Below the pieces are notes generated by a model. It made no database searches. It was not told the origin of the DNA and worked only from the letters and a program-made list of their open reading frames with translations. The translations under genes were made by a program, and so were the position numbers. 64,000 bases of DNA from Planctomycetota bacterium (GTDB lineage: Bacteria > Planctomycetota > Brocadiia > JAADGH01). The DNA is taken from the NCBI GenBank assembly GCA_040755855.1, contig JBFMAD010000005.1, positions 177,549-241,548 of the forward strand, read 5' to 3'. Positions 56,750 through 64,000 of this stretch are shown here, piece after piece (the stretch's first letter is position 1; each line of letters opens with the position of its first letter).

Positions 56750-57687
56750 ATCTGGTATTTTCCTCGGTTGCGGAGAAAGTCCGCGACCTCGGCGAGTGTG
56801 GGGATGCCGGCCCGGCCGCCGAGCTTTCGCGTCTTCATCGCAGCGACAGCGGAAGAAAACTCAGCGATTCGCTTCAACCCCCACTCCTGGAGAACCCCAT
56901 AGACATAGGCCCCGTGAAATACATCGCCGCAGCCTGTCGTGTCCACGATGCTGTCCATCTTGAATGCCGGAATCTCGAAGGACTCGTCCGCGCTGATGGT
57001 GTATGATCCGCGATCTCCGCGCGTGACGACGACTACTTTGTGTTGTGATAGTTTGCTCTGTTCCTCGAACATTCGGCGGGCGGCCTTGATGGGATCGTCC
57101 ACACCGGTGTAGTGTTGCGCGAACCCCTCGGAGGCAATGATGTAGTTGCAATTGTCGAGGATACGACCAGGGTCGTCGCCGTGGTACTCGGCGTCAATGA
57201 CGACGGGCATCCCGGCCTCCTTCGCAATCTCGGCGGCGCGGGCAGCCCCCGGCTCGAGGGGATCAATCAGGAGGATCTTTCCGGCGCGGATGGCATCGGG
57301 TCGGATGTGTTGCGCCTCGACGGGGGGGATGTTCTGCGTGGGGATCAGGATCGTGCGCGCCCCGGTCTGCCGGTCTACGAACACAAAGGCGACGCGGGCC
57401 GACTTGCCTTCGACGAGTTCGATCTCGCTCGTGTCCACGCCCTCGCGGTCGAACGATTCGATGACGAACCGTCCGAACTCATCGCTGCCGACCCGCCCCA
57501 CATAGCAGGGTTTCGCGCCCAGGCGAGCTATGGCGACAAGGGCCGTTCCCACCATGCCGCCTCCCTGCTTCGTGAACTCCTCCATCCACAGCTTCTCGTC
57601 CATCCGGGGGAAGCGGGGGAGGATGCCGAGGTAGTCCACAGCGCAGCAGCCAACGCCGACGACGTCAAACTTCTTATGGGAAACCAT
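56746..57687 (-). CDS. PfkB family carbohydrate kinase
   Basis: GGG...A..ARLG, VG.VGSDEFG, VTRGDRG, VDTTGCGDVFHG. Confidence 0.92.
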   Translation of the reverse strand: MVSHKKFDVVGVGCCAVDYLGILPRFPRMDEKLWMEEFTKQGGGMVGTALVAIARLGAKPCYVGRVGSDEFGRFVIESFDREGVDTSEIELVEGKSARVAFVFVDRQTGARTILIPTQNIPPVEAQHIRPDAIRAGKILLIDPLEPGAARAAEIAKEAGMPVVIDAEYHGDDPGRILDNCNYIIASEGFAQHYTGVDDPIKAARRMFEEQSKLSQHKVVVVTRGDRGSYTISADESFEIPAFKMDSIVDTTGCGDVFHGAYVYGVLQEWGLKRIAEFSSAVAAMKTRKLGGRAGIPTLAEVADFLRNRGKYQI

Positions 57688-57704
57688 AGCATGACTTCCA
57701 GTGC

Positions 57705-57741
57705 AAAAAACCTCCCGGAGGTCTCAGACCTCCGGGAAGTT
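57705..57741 (-). terminator. Near-perfect palindrome with U-tract (intrinsic terminator or REP) after tal
   Basis: Minus strand AACTTCCCGGAGGTCT-G-AGACCTCCGGGAGG-TTTTTT. Confidence 0.65.
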
Positions 57742-57754
57742 GGGGATTGTCGGA

Positions 57755-58426
57755 CTATTTTTTCTTGCGCGATGTGGCCTTTCCCTTCGGCACTTTCTTC
57801 CAGTCGTCCAGGAACTGCGCCAGGCCGGTGTCCGTCAACGGGTGCTTGAAGAGCTGCTGCATGACGTCGAAGCGCATCGTGGTCACGTCGGCGCCGATGA
57901 GGGCGGCTTCAAGGACGTGCAGGGGATGCCGCACGGCGGCGACAATGATCTGCGTGTCGTAGCCGTAATTGTCGTAGATTTGCCGCGTCTGCTGAACCAA
58001 ATCCATCCCTTCGTGCCCGACCGCGTCGAGACGGCCGACGAATGGACTGGAGTAGGTCGCCCCCACCTTCGCCACGAGGAATGCCTGCATCGCGCTGAAA
58101 ATCAGCGTGGCGTTAGTCTTGATCCCCTCCGCCGTGAGGATCTTGATCGCCTTCACGCCTTCGGGGATGGTCGGTATCTTGATGACGATGTTCTTGTGGA
58201 GTTTTGCCAGGTCGCGGGCTTCCTTCAGCATCCCCTCGCAATTCGTGCTGACGACCTCTGCGCTGATGGGGCCGTCAGCGATGGAGCAGATCTCCTCGAT
58301 CAGTTCCTTGAAGTCCCGTCCCTCCTTGCTTACGTGCGTGGGGTTCGTGGTCACGCCGTCAATGATCCCCCAACTATTCGCCTCCTTGATCTCGTTGATG
58401 TTCGCCGTGTCGAGGAAAAACTTCAT
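57755..58426 (-). CDS. tal: Transaldolase (TalC/FSA family)
   Basis: FLDTAN, GVTTNP, IKIP (Schiff-base Lys), SAEV (Glu) and SPFVGR (Phe) transaldolase signature. Confidence 0.92.
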   Translation of the reverse strand: MKFFLDTANINEIKEANSWGIIDGVTTNPTHVSKEGRDFKELIEEICSIADGPISAEVVSTNCEGMLKEARDLAKLHKNIVIKIPTIPEGVKAIKILTAEGIKTNATLIFSAMQAFLVAKVGATYSSPFVGRLDAVGHEGMDLVQQTRQIYDNYGYDTQIIVAAVRHPLHVLEAALIGADVTTMRFDVMQQLFKHPLTDTGLAQFLDDWKKVPKGKATSRKKK

Positions 58427-58447
58427 GCCATGCTCCTTTCCTAAGAA

Positions 58448-59620
58448 TTATACCGCTGCCAGGGCCGCGGCTACGCCGGCGCCGCTGGCCACTCGGCAGC
58501 CCTGCGCCTTCAACTGCTTCTCCAAAGCGCCGAGGCACAGGACGACATTGTTCAATGTGCTGCTGTATCCCATCAGGCCAATCCGCCAGAGTTTTCCTTT
58601 AAACTTTCCAAGCCCGCCCCCGATCTCGATGTTATGTTCATTTAGTAATGCCTTGCGCACGCGGACATCATCCACCCCATCGAGAATCTCGACGGCGTTA
58701 AGCATGGGCAGACGATGCCCCTCCTGCGCGAAGAGCCTCAGCCCCGTCGCCTCCAGCCCGGCCACGAGGGCTTTGTGGTTTCGCATGTGCCGGGCGAATC
58801 GGTTCTCCAAGCCCTCCTCGTGGATGATGCACAGCGCCTCGCGCAGCGCGTAGATCATGCTGATGGGGGCCGTGTGGTGGTAGAACCGCTCCTCGCCCCA
58901 GTAACGCTCGACCATTGACATGTCGAGATACCAACTTTGCACCTTCTTCGTGCGGCTCCGCACGACGTTCATCGCCGCCTCGTTGAACGTAACGGGCGCG
59001 AGGCCAGGCGGACAGCTCAGGCACTTCTGCGTCCCGCTGTAGCAGGCGTCCACCTGCCATTTGTCAATCTCGACCGGCATGCCTCCGAGGGACGTCACGG
59101 TGTCCATGAGGAGAAGCGCGTCTTTGGTGTGGACGATCTTGCTGATCTCCTCGATCGGCGTGGCCGCGCCAGTGGATGTCTCGGCGTGAACCACGGCCAC
59201 GAGTTTCGTCTTGCCGCGGCCGAGCGCCTTCTTGATCTGGTCAGGCTCGATGATTCGCCCCCAGTCCGCCTCGACGCGCACCACCTCCGCCCCGCAGCGC
59301 TCAGCCACGTCGCTCATGCGCTCGCCGAAGACGCCGTTGACTCCGATCACCACGCGGTCGCCCGGTTCGACCAGATTCACGAAGCACGTCTCCATGCCCG
59401 CGCTGCCCGTGCCGGAGACGGCGATGGTGAAGATGTTTTTCGTGGAAAACAAGGCGCGCAGCATCGTGCGCGTCTCGTCCATGATCTTCAAAAACTCCGG
59501 ATCGAGGTGGCCGATGATAGGCGCGGCCATCGCGCACAGGACGCGCGGATGACAGTTGCTCGGCCCCGGCCCCATGAGGATTCGCTGGGATGGGTTCAAT
59601 TGTCCGACGGGTGTTTTCAT
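58448..59620 (-). CDS. Alanine-glyoxylate / serine-pyruvate aminotransferase (class V PLP)
   Basis: [50 protein letters not shown]. Confidence 0.93.
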   Translation of the reverse strand: MKTPVGQLNPSQRILMGPGPSNCHPRVLCAMAAPIIGHLDPEFLKIMDETRTMLRALFSTKNIFTIAVSGTGSAGMETCFVNLVEPGDRVVIGVNGVFGERMSDVAERCGAEVVRVEADWGRIIEPDQIKKALGRGKTKLVAVVHAETSTGAATPIEEISKIVHTKDALLLMDTVTSLGGMPVEIDKWQVDACYSGTQKCLSCPPGLAPVTFNEAAMNVVRSRTKKVQSWYLDMSMVERYWGEERFYHHTAPISMIYALREALCIIHEEGLENRFARHMRNHKALVAGLEATGLRLFAQEGHRLPMLNAVEILDGVDDVRVRKALLNEHNIEIGGGLGKFKGKLWRIGLMGYSSTLNNVVLCLGALEKQLKAQGCRVASGAGVAAALAAV

Positions 59621-59659
59621 ATCACGATCCTGTTCTCGATGTCCTGATCGCAAGGGCGA

Positions 59660-59688
59660 AGTATATGGCGGGGGGCATGGAGTGTCAA
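59660..59688 (-). promoter_or_regulatory. Sigma70 promoter for the aminotransferase-tal operon
   Basis: TTGACA-17 nt-TATACT. Confidence 0.7.
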
Positions 59689-59713
59689 GGCATTTCTGTG
59701 GATCAAGACAGTC

Positions 59714-59742
59714 TTGAAAATGAGAGGCAACTGCCGTATCAT
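59714..59742 (+). promoter_or_regulatory. Divergent sigma70 promoter for the dehydrogenase
   Basis: TTGAAA-17 nt-TATCAT. Confidence 0.55.
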
Positions 59743-59793
59743 GAAAGTGCATGTTCGCGATGTCCCTAATCACGTGAGAAGGTGGTGAATCCG

Positions 59794-61488
59794 ATGAGCG
59801 AGAAGACGCAGCCGTTGCCGAAGACGCAATACGCGATCCAACTGGTCGGCCCGGGCAAACTCCGGCTGAACAAGAAAAAAACGGTGCACAGGCCCGGCCC
59901 GCATCAGATTGTGGCCAAGGTCGAGGCCGTGGGGCTATGCTTCTCCGACCTGAAACTCCTGAGCCAATTCACGGCGCATGTTCGCAAAAGCGAAATTGTC
60001 TCCGGCCTCGATCTCGACGCGCTGAAGGAGATACCAAGCTATGTCCCCGGGACCAAGCCCACCGTCCCGGGCCATGAGGTCGTCTGCCGAATCGTTGCCG
60101 TCGGGCCGGACGTGAAGCATCATAAACTCGGCGAGCGCTGCCTCGTCCAGGCCGACTACCGGCAGGTCCGCACTGCCGGAGCGAACGCCGCCTTCGGCTA
60201 CAACATCGAGGGTGGCCTGCAGGAATATGTTCTTATGGACGAGCGCATCATCGTGAACCCGGAGAACGGCGAGCGCTATATGATCACCGTGGATGACGAC
60301 CTCTGCGCCTCCGCCGTCTGCCTCGTCGAACCGTGGGCGTGCGTCGAGGATTCCTACGTCAGCGTCGAGCGGCAGACGATCAAGGCTGGTGGCAAGCTCG
60401 TCATCGTCGCCGATGCGGGACGTGCTGTGCAGGGCGTCGCCGACGCCTTCGCGCCGAAGGGCAAACCGGCGTCGGTGACGGCCCTATGCGCCGAGCCGAC
60501 CCAGTTACAGGCAATCAAGAAACTAAACATTCCCGTTACCGAGGCGACAGACCTCGCTGCGTTGCCGAACGAGTCCTTCGATGACATCATCTATCTCGGC
60601 GCGCGCAAGGCGACCATCGAAATCCTGAACGACAAACTCGCCGCCTGCGGTCTGATGAACATCGTCCTCGGCGGGAAGAAGATCGGCGAACTCGTCTCCG
60701 TCGGCGTCGGGCGCATCCATTATGGACTCACCCGATGGATTGGCACGACCGGCACGAACGCGGCCGAGTCGTATAAGACCATCCCGCGCACCGGAGAGGT
60801 CCGGCCGAGCGAGCGGATCATGGTCGTCGGGGCGGGTGGGCCGATGGGGCAGATGCACGTCATCCGCGACGTGTGCACCGACATCAAGGACGTCTCCATG
60901 ACGGCGACGGACCTCGACGACGAGCGCCTGGCCGCCTTGTCGAAGAAGGCCCAGCCTCTGGCCGAGGCGAACGGCGTGAACTATCGCACGGTGAACACGA
61001 AGACACAAAAGCTCGACGAGGAATTTACCTACATCGGCCTCATGGCCCCCGTCGGCGCGCTGGTGGCCGCAGCCATCCAGTCGAGCGCACAGAACGCCCT
61101 TATCAACATATTCGCCGGCATCCCTGCGCCGACGAAACACGACCTCGACCTCGACCGCTACATCGAGCGCAGGTGCTACATGTTCGGCACAAGCGGGTCC
61201 ACGATGGAGGACCTGCGCATCGTCCTGCGCAAGGTCACGGCGGGGGATCTGGACACCAACCGCTCCGTGGACGCCGTCTCCGGCATGGCCGGGGCGGCCG
61301 CCGGCATGGCCGCGGTGGAGAACCGGACCCTCGCGGGAAAGATCATCGTCTATCCCGCGCTCCACAACGTCGGCCTGATCCCTCTGCACGACATGAAGGA
61401 CCACTACCCGTCAGTGGCCGCGAAGCTCGACAACGGGCAATGGACGAAGGCGGCGGAACAGGAGTTGTTGAAGGTCGCCAAAGGATAA
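59794..61488 (+). CDS. Zn-dependent MDR dehydrogenase, L-sorbose-1-phosphate-reductase-like, extended
   Basis: [39 protein letters not shown]. Confidence 0.8.
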   Translation: MSEKTQPLPKTQYAIQLVGPGKLRLNKKKTVHRPGPHQIVAKVEAVGLCFSDLKLLSQFTAHVRKSEIVSGLDLDALKEIPSYVPGTKPTVPGHEVVCRIVAVGPDVKHHKLGERCLVQADYRQVRTAGANAAFGYNIEGGLQEYVLMDERIIVNPENGERYMITVDDDLCASAVCLVEPWACVEDSYVSVERQTIKAGGKLVIVADAGRAVQGVADAFAPKGKPASVTALCAEPTQLQAIKKLNIPVTEATDLAALPNESFDDIIYLGARKATIEILNDKLAACGLMNIVLGGKKIGELVSVGVGRIHYGLTRWIGTTGTNAAESYKTIPRTGEVRPSERIMVVGAGGPMGQMHVIRDVCTDIKDVSMTATDLDDERLAALSKKAQPLAEANGVNYRTVNTKTQKLDEEFTYIGLMAPVGALVAAAIQSSAQNALINIFAGIPAPTKHDLDLDRYIERRCYMFGTSGSTMEDLRIVLRKVTAGDLDTNRSVDAVSGMAGAAAGMAAVENRTLAGKIIVYPALHNVGLIPLHDMKDHYPSVAAKLDNGQWTKAAEQELLKVAKG

Positions 61489-61516
61489 TTCGGACTGAAA
61501 TAGGAGGGCAGCGATC

Positions 61517-62164
61517 ATGTTATACTCGGTGTTATCACTACTGTGGCTTTTGTGTGGGTTCATCGCCGCCGCAGCCATGCTTCTCCGGTTGGGGAGCAAT
61601 GCAGAGTGGCCGAAGTCACAAATCATGCTCTGGGCGCATCGCGCATTCGGCGCCGTCTTCATGATCGGTTACGTCGTCTTTCTCGGGATAATGATTGATC
61701 TCTATCAGGAGGACGCGCCGATCCTCTCCCGGCCGATCATGGTTCACGCTGCTCTGGGAATCTTGCTCCTCCCCATCCTCCTGTTCAAGGAACTGATTGT
61801 CCGCTTCTTCAAGAAATACTACATCGCACTGCCCTACGTCGGGATGACGATCTTTTGCATCGCCTTCGCCGCCGTCGCCATGACCGGCGGGCACAAGGCG
61901 CTCCTTTATGTCGCGGGACCGCGCGCGGAGGTCATGCGGAATGATAAGGCGCAAAAGGTAAGCGTCGCGCTCGGGCGCGACCTCATGCACGCCAAGTGCA
62001 GCCGATGCCACGAGCTCAAGCTGCCCTATTCCTTCCAGCGAACCGAAAAAGGGTGGCGTACGACCGTAGAGCACATGGCCGAAAAGGACCCCGGCATTAT
62101 ATCACCGGACCAGTCCGACTCGATCGTCGGCTACCTCAAGGCGCACCTGGGGGAAAGTAAGTAG
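61517..62164 (+). CDS. Membrane protein (4 TM, His in TMs) with C-terminal monoheme cytochrome c domain
   Basis: WAHRAFG, VHAALG in TMs; KCSRCH...W...V.HM; GGAGG SD. Confidence 0.75.
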   Translation: MLYSVLSLLWLLCGFIAAAAMLLRLGSNAEWPKSQIMLWAHRAFGAVFMIGYVVFLGIMIDLYQEDAPILSRPIMVHAALGILLLPILLFKELIVRFFKKYYIALPYVGMTIFCIAFAAVAMTGGHKALLYVAGPRAEVMRNDKAQKVSVALGRDLMHAKCSRCHELKLPYSFQRTEKGWRTTVEHMAEKDPGIISPDQSDSIVGYLKAHLGESK

Positions 62165-62287
62165 GGGGAGTATGGGGGTGTGGGAGTATTGGGCGTAGTA
62201 CGGATTAGCCCATCCCGCCACCCATCCATTCTTCCATCCTTCCATCCCCCCATCCCCCCATCCTTCCATCCTTCCAATCTTCCATTT
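62165..62287. repeat. Degenerate octamer repeat tracts (GGGAGTAT-type, then TTCCATCC-type) between convergent genes
   Basis: gggagtat gggggtgt gggagtat ... ttccatcc ttccatcc ccccatcc ccccatcc ttccatcc ttccaatc. Confidence 0.7.
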
Positions 62288-63598
62288 TTATCGAATGTAT
62301 TCGTTGACGATATTCTCCAGCATCTCCTGCCGCCCGCTCACCGGTTTCGGCTCGCCGCTCTTCAGGATGAACTTCTCGCAATCGGCGAACGTCGCCTTCC
62401 CCTGCTCGATCCTCTTGCCGATGCCGCTGTTCCAGCCCGCGTAGCGCCGCTTGATGAAGTCGTCGAGGGCGCGGTCCTCTCGCATCTTCACCGCGATCTT
62501 GAGGCCCCGGGCAAAGGCGTCCATCCCCCCGATGTGCGCGTGGAACAGGTCCATCGGCTCGAACGACGACCGCCGCACCTTGGCATCAAAGTTCAGCCCG
62601 CCCGGCGCAAGCCCGCCTGCGCTCAGCACGATATACATGATGAACGTCGTCTCGTAGAGGTTCGTCGGGAACTGGTCCGTGTCCCAGCCGAGCAAGAGGT
62701 CGCCCCGGTTCGCGTCAATGCTGCCGAGGATGTCGTTCGCCGCCGCGAAGGTCAGCTCGTGCTCGAAGGTGTGCGCCGCCAGCGTGCCGTGGTTCGATTC
62801 CAGGTTCAACTTAAAGTAGGGGAGCAGGCCGTACTTCTGCAGAAAGGCATAGCAGCTCTGCGCGTCGAAGTCGTACTGGTGCTTCGTCGGCTCCTTCGGC
62901 TTCGGCTCGATGAGGAACTGCCCCTTGAACCCGATCTCCTCCGCATAGTCCACGGCCATGTTCAGGAACCGGCCGAGGTGATCCAGCTCGCGCCCCATAT
63001 CGCTATTGAGCAGCGTCTCGTATCCCTCGCGTCCGCCCCAGAAGACGTAATTGCTCCCGCCGAGCCGCTTAGTCACCTCGATTGCCTTCTTCACCTGCGC
63101 CGCAGCGTGGGCAAAGACGGCCGGGTCGGGGTTTGTCGCCGCCCCGCACATGTAGCGCGGATGACTGAAGAGGTTCGCCGTGCCCCATAGCAGCTTCACT
63201 CCCGTATCGGCCTGGAGCTTGTCGGCGAGGCCGACGATCTTGTCGAGGTTTTTATTCGTCTCGGCGAGGTCCTTGCCCTCGGGCGCGATGTCGCGGTCGT
63301 GGAAGCAGTAGAAATCAATGCCGAGTTTCGTGAAGAACTCGAACGCCGCGCGCATCGTATCCTGCGCGACCTTCATGGGACTGCCGCCGCCGTAGGGCCG
63401 CACCATCGTCGCCGAGCCGAAGGGATCGGTCCCCGTCCCCTTGAACGTGTGCCAGAAGGCGACGGAAAACCGGAAATGATCGCGCATCTTCATGCCGGCG
63501 ATCTTCTCGTCGGCGTTGTAGTGCTTGAAGGCCATCGGGTCCTTCGAGTCCGGGCCTTCGTACTTGATCTTATTCAGATGGGGGAAGTATTCGGCCAT
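62288..63598 (-). CDS. xylA: Xylose isomerase (class II)
   Basis: [46 protein letters not shown]. Confidence 0.97.
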   Translation of the reverse strand: MAEYFPHLNKIKYEGPDSKDPMAFKHYNADEKIAGMKMRDHFRFSVAFWHTFKGTGTDPFGSATMVRPYGGGSPMKVAQDTMRAAFEFFTKLGIDFYCFHDRDIAPEGKDLAETNKNLDKIVGLADKLQADTGVKLLWGTANLFSHPRYMCGAATNPDPAVFAHAAAQVKKAIEVTKRLGGSNYVFWGGREGYETLLNSDMGRELDHLGRFLNMAVDYAEEIGFKGQFLIEPKPKEPTKHQYDFDAQSCYAFLQKYGLLPYFKLNLESNHGTLAAHTFEHELTFAAANDILGSIDANRGDLLLGWDTDQFPTNLYETTFIMYIVLSAGGLAPGGLNFDAKVRRSSFEPMDLFHAHIGGMDAFARGLKIAVKMREDRALDDFIKRRYAGWNSGIGKRIEQGKATFADCEKFILKSGEPKPVSGRQEMLENIVNEYIR

Positions 63599-63646
63599 GA
63601 TCTCCTCCTTTACCGTGAAACAGCTGTCATCCGATTTGTCGCATCC

Positions 63647-63675
63647 CTTATAGCCAAGTCCCGCCCATGCGTCAA
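63647..63675 (-). promoter_or_regulatory. Sigma70 promoter for xylA
   Basis: TTGACG-17 nt-TATAAG; AGGAGG SD downstream. Confidence 0.55.
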
Positions 63676-63756
63676 CAGAAATCGCAGCCCACCTGTACTC
63701 CCTCAGTCATCCCTCCGCCGCACTCACTCGCAACGATGGGCCGGGCGACTTTCGCA

Positions 63757-63784
63757 TTGACAATCCCAAATCTCGGAATATACT
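63757..63784 (+). promoter_or_regulatory. Divergent sigma70 promoter for a gene at or after the window end
   Basis: TTGACA-16 nt-TATACT. Confidence 0.55.
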
Positions 63785-64000
63785 TACACAAGGGGGATCT
63801 CAACAGGACATGCAATGCCCGGAATCCTGGGGAATGATGTCATGAAACATCCAAAAAGTAGAAAGTTGGAGATAATAGTGTTATGTCCCAATACTGTTCG
63901 GCACTTCTCTTGCGTTGGTGTGAAGGATACCAGGAACGGGGGAGGGGGATCAAGGATGGGTTGCGTTTGGGGATGGGGAAAGAAGGCGCGGCGGAGATGT

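Noticed and set aside
57755..58426. Fructose-6-phosphate aldolase releasing glycolaldehyde
   Set aside because: It has the Glu (SAEV) and Phe (SPFVGR) of true transaldolases, not the Gln/Tyr of FSA.
63956..64000. Start of a CDS (ATG after GGAGG) running off the window end
   Set aside because: Only 15 codons are visible, which is too little to support a call.

Overview
This is a high-GC bacterial chromosome segment, most likely from an anaerobic Planctomycetota. The evidence is an RpoA beginning MRIRWRG, absence of rpmD, and PVC-style secreted proteins and intergenic repeats; the taxonomy is inference. From 1 to 11.1 kb is the distal S10-spc-alpha ribosomal superoperon (rplP to rplQ, with secY, adk, map, infA and rpoA). 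From 11.1 to 22.4 kb are an Fe-S aldo/keto reductase and a convergent operon of exported proteins: a 1459-aa membrane-anchored tandem FGE/C-type-lectin-fold protein, a hypothetical protein, a WD40 protein, a 1078-aa CBM/(alpha/alpha)6 protein and a truncated gene. From 22.6 to 31.5 kb is a complete V/A-type ATPase operon with a Na+-binding K subunit, unusually headed by an F-type AtpZ/AtpI gene. From 35.9 to 47.6 kb is a Wood-Ljungdahl acetyl-CoA synthase cluster (cooC-acsB-clpP-acsC-acsV-[secreted zincin]-acsF-acsD-acsE). It has no acsA/cooS but carries two embedded proteases, and the ClpP has a Ser-His-Asn triad. Two PHP/DUF3604-like proteins (31.7 and 48.8 kb) appear to have lost their metal ligands. 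From 52 to 63.6 kb is a sugar/C2 cluster (aminotransferase, transaldolase, PfkB kinase, UroD-like protein, glcD-glcE without glcF, sorbose-1-P-reductase-like dehydrogenase, xylA). No rRNA, tRNA, CRISPR array, transposase or reverse transcriptase was seen. All family calls come from motif recognition by eye; no database searches were run.
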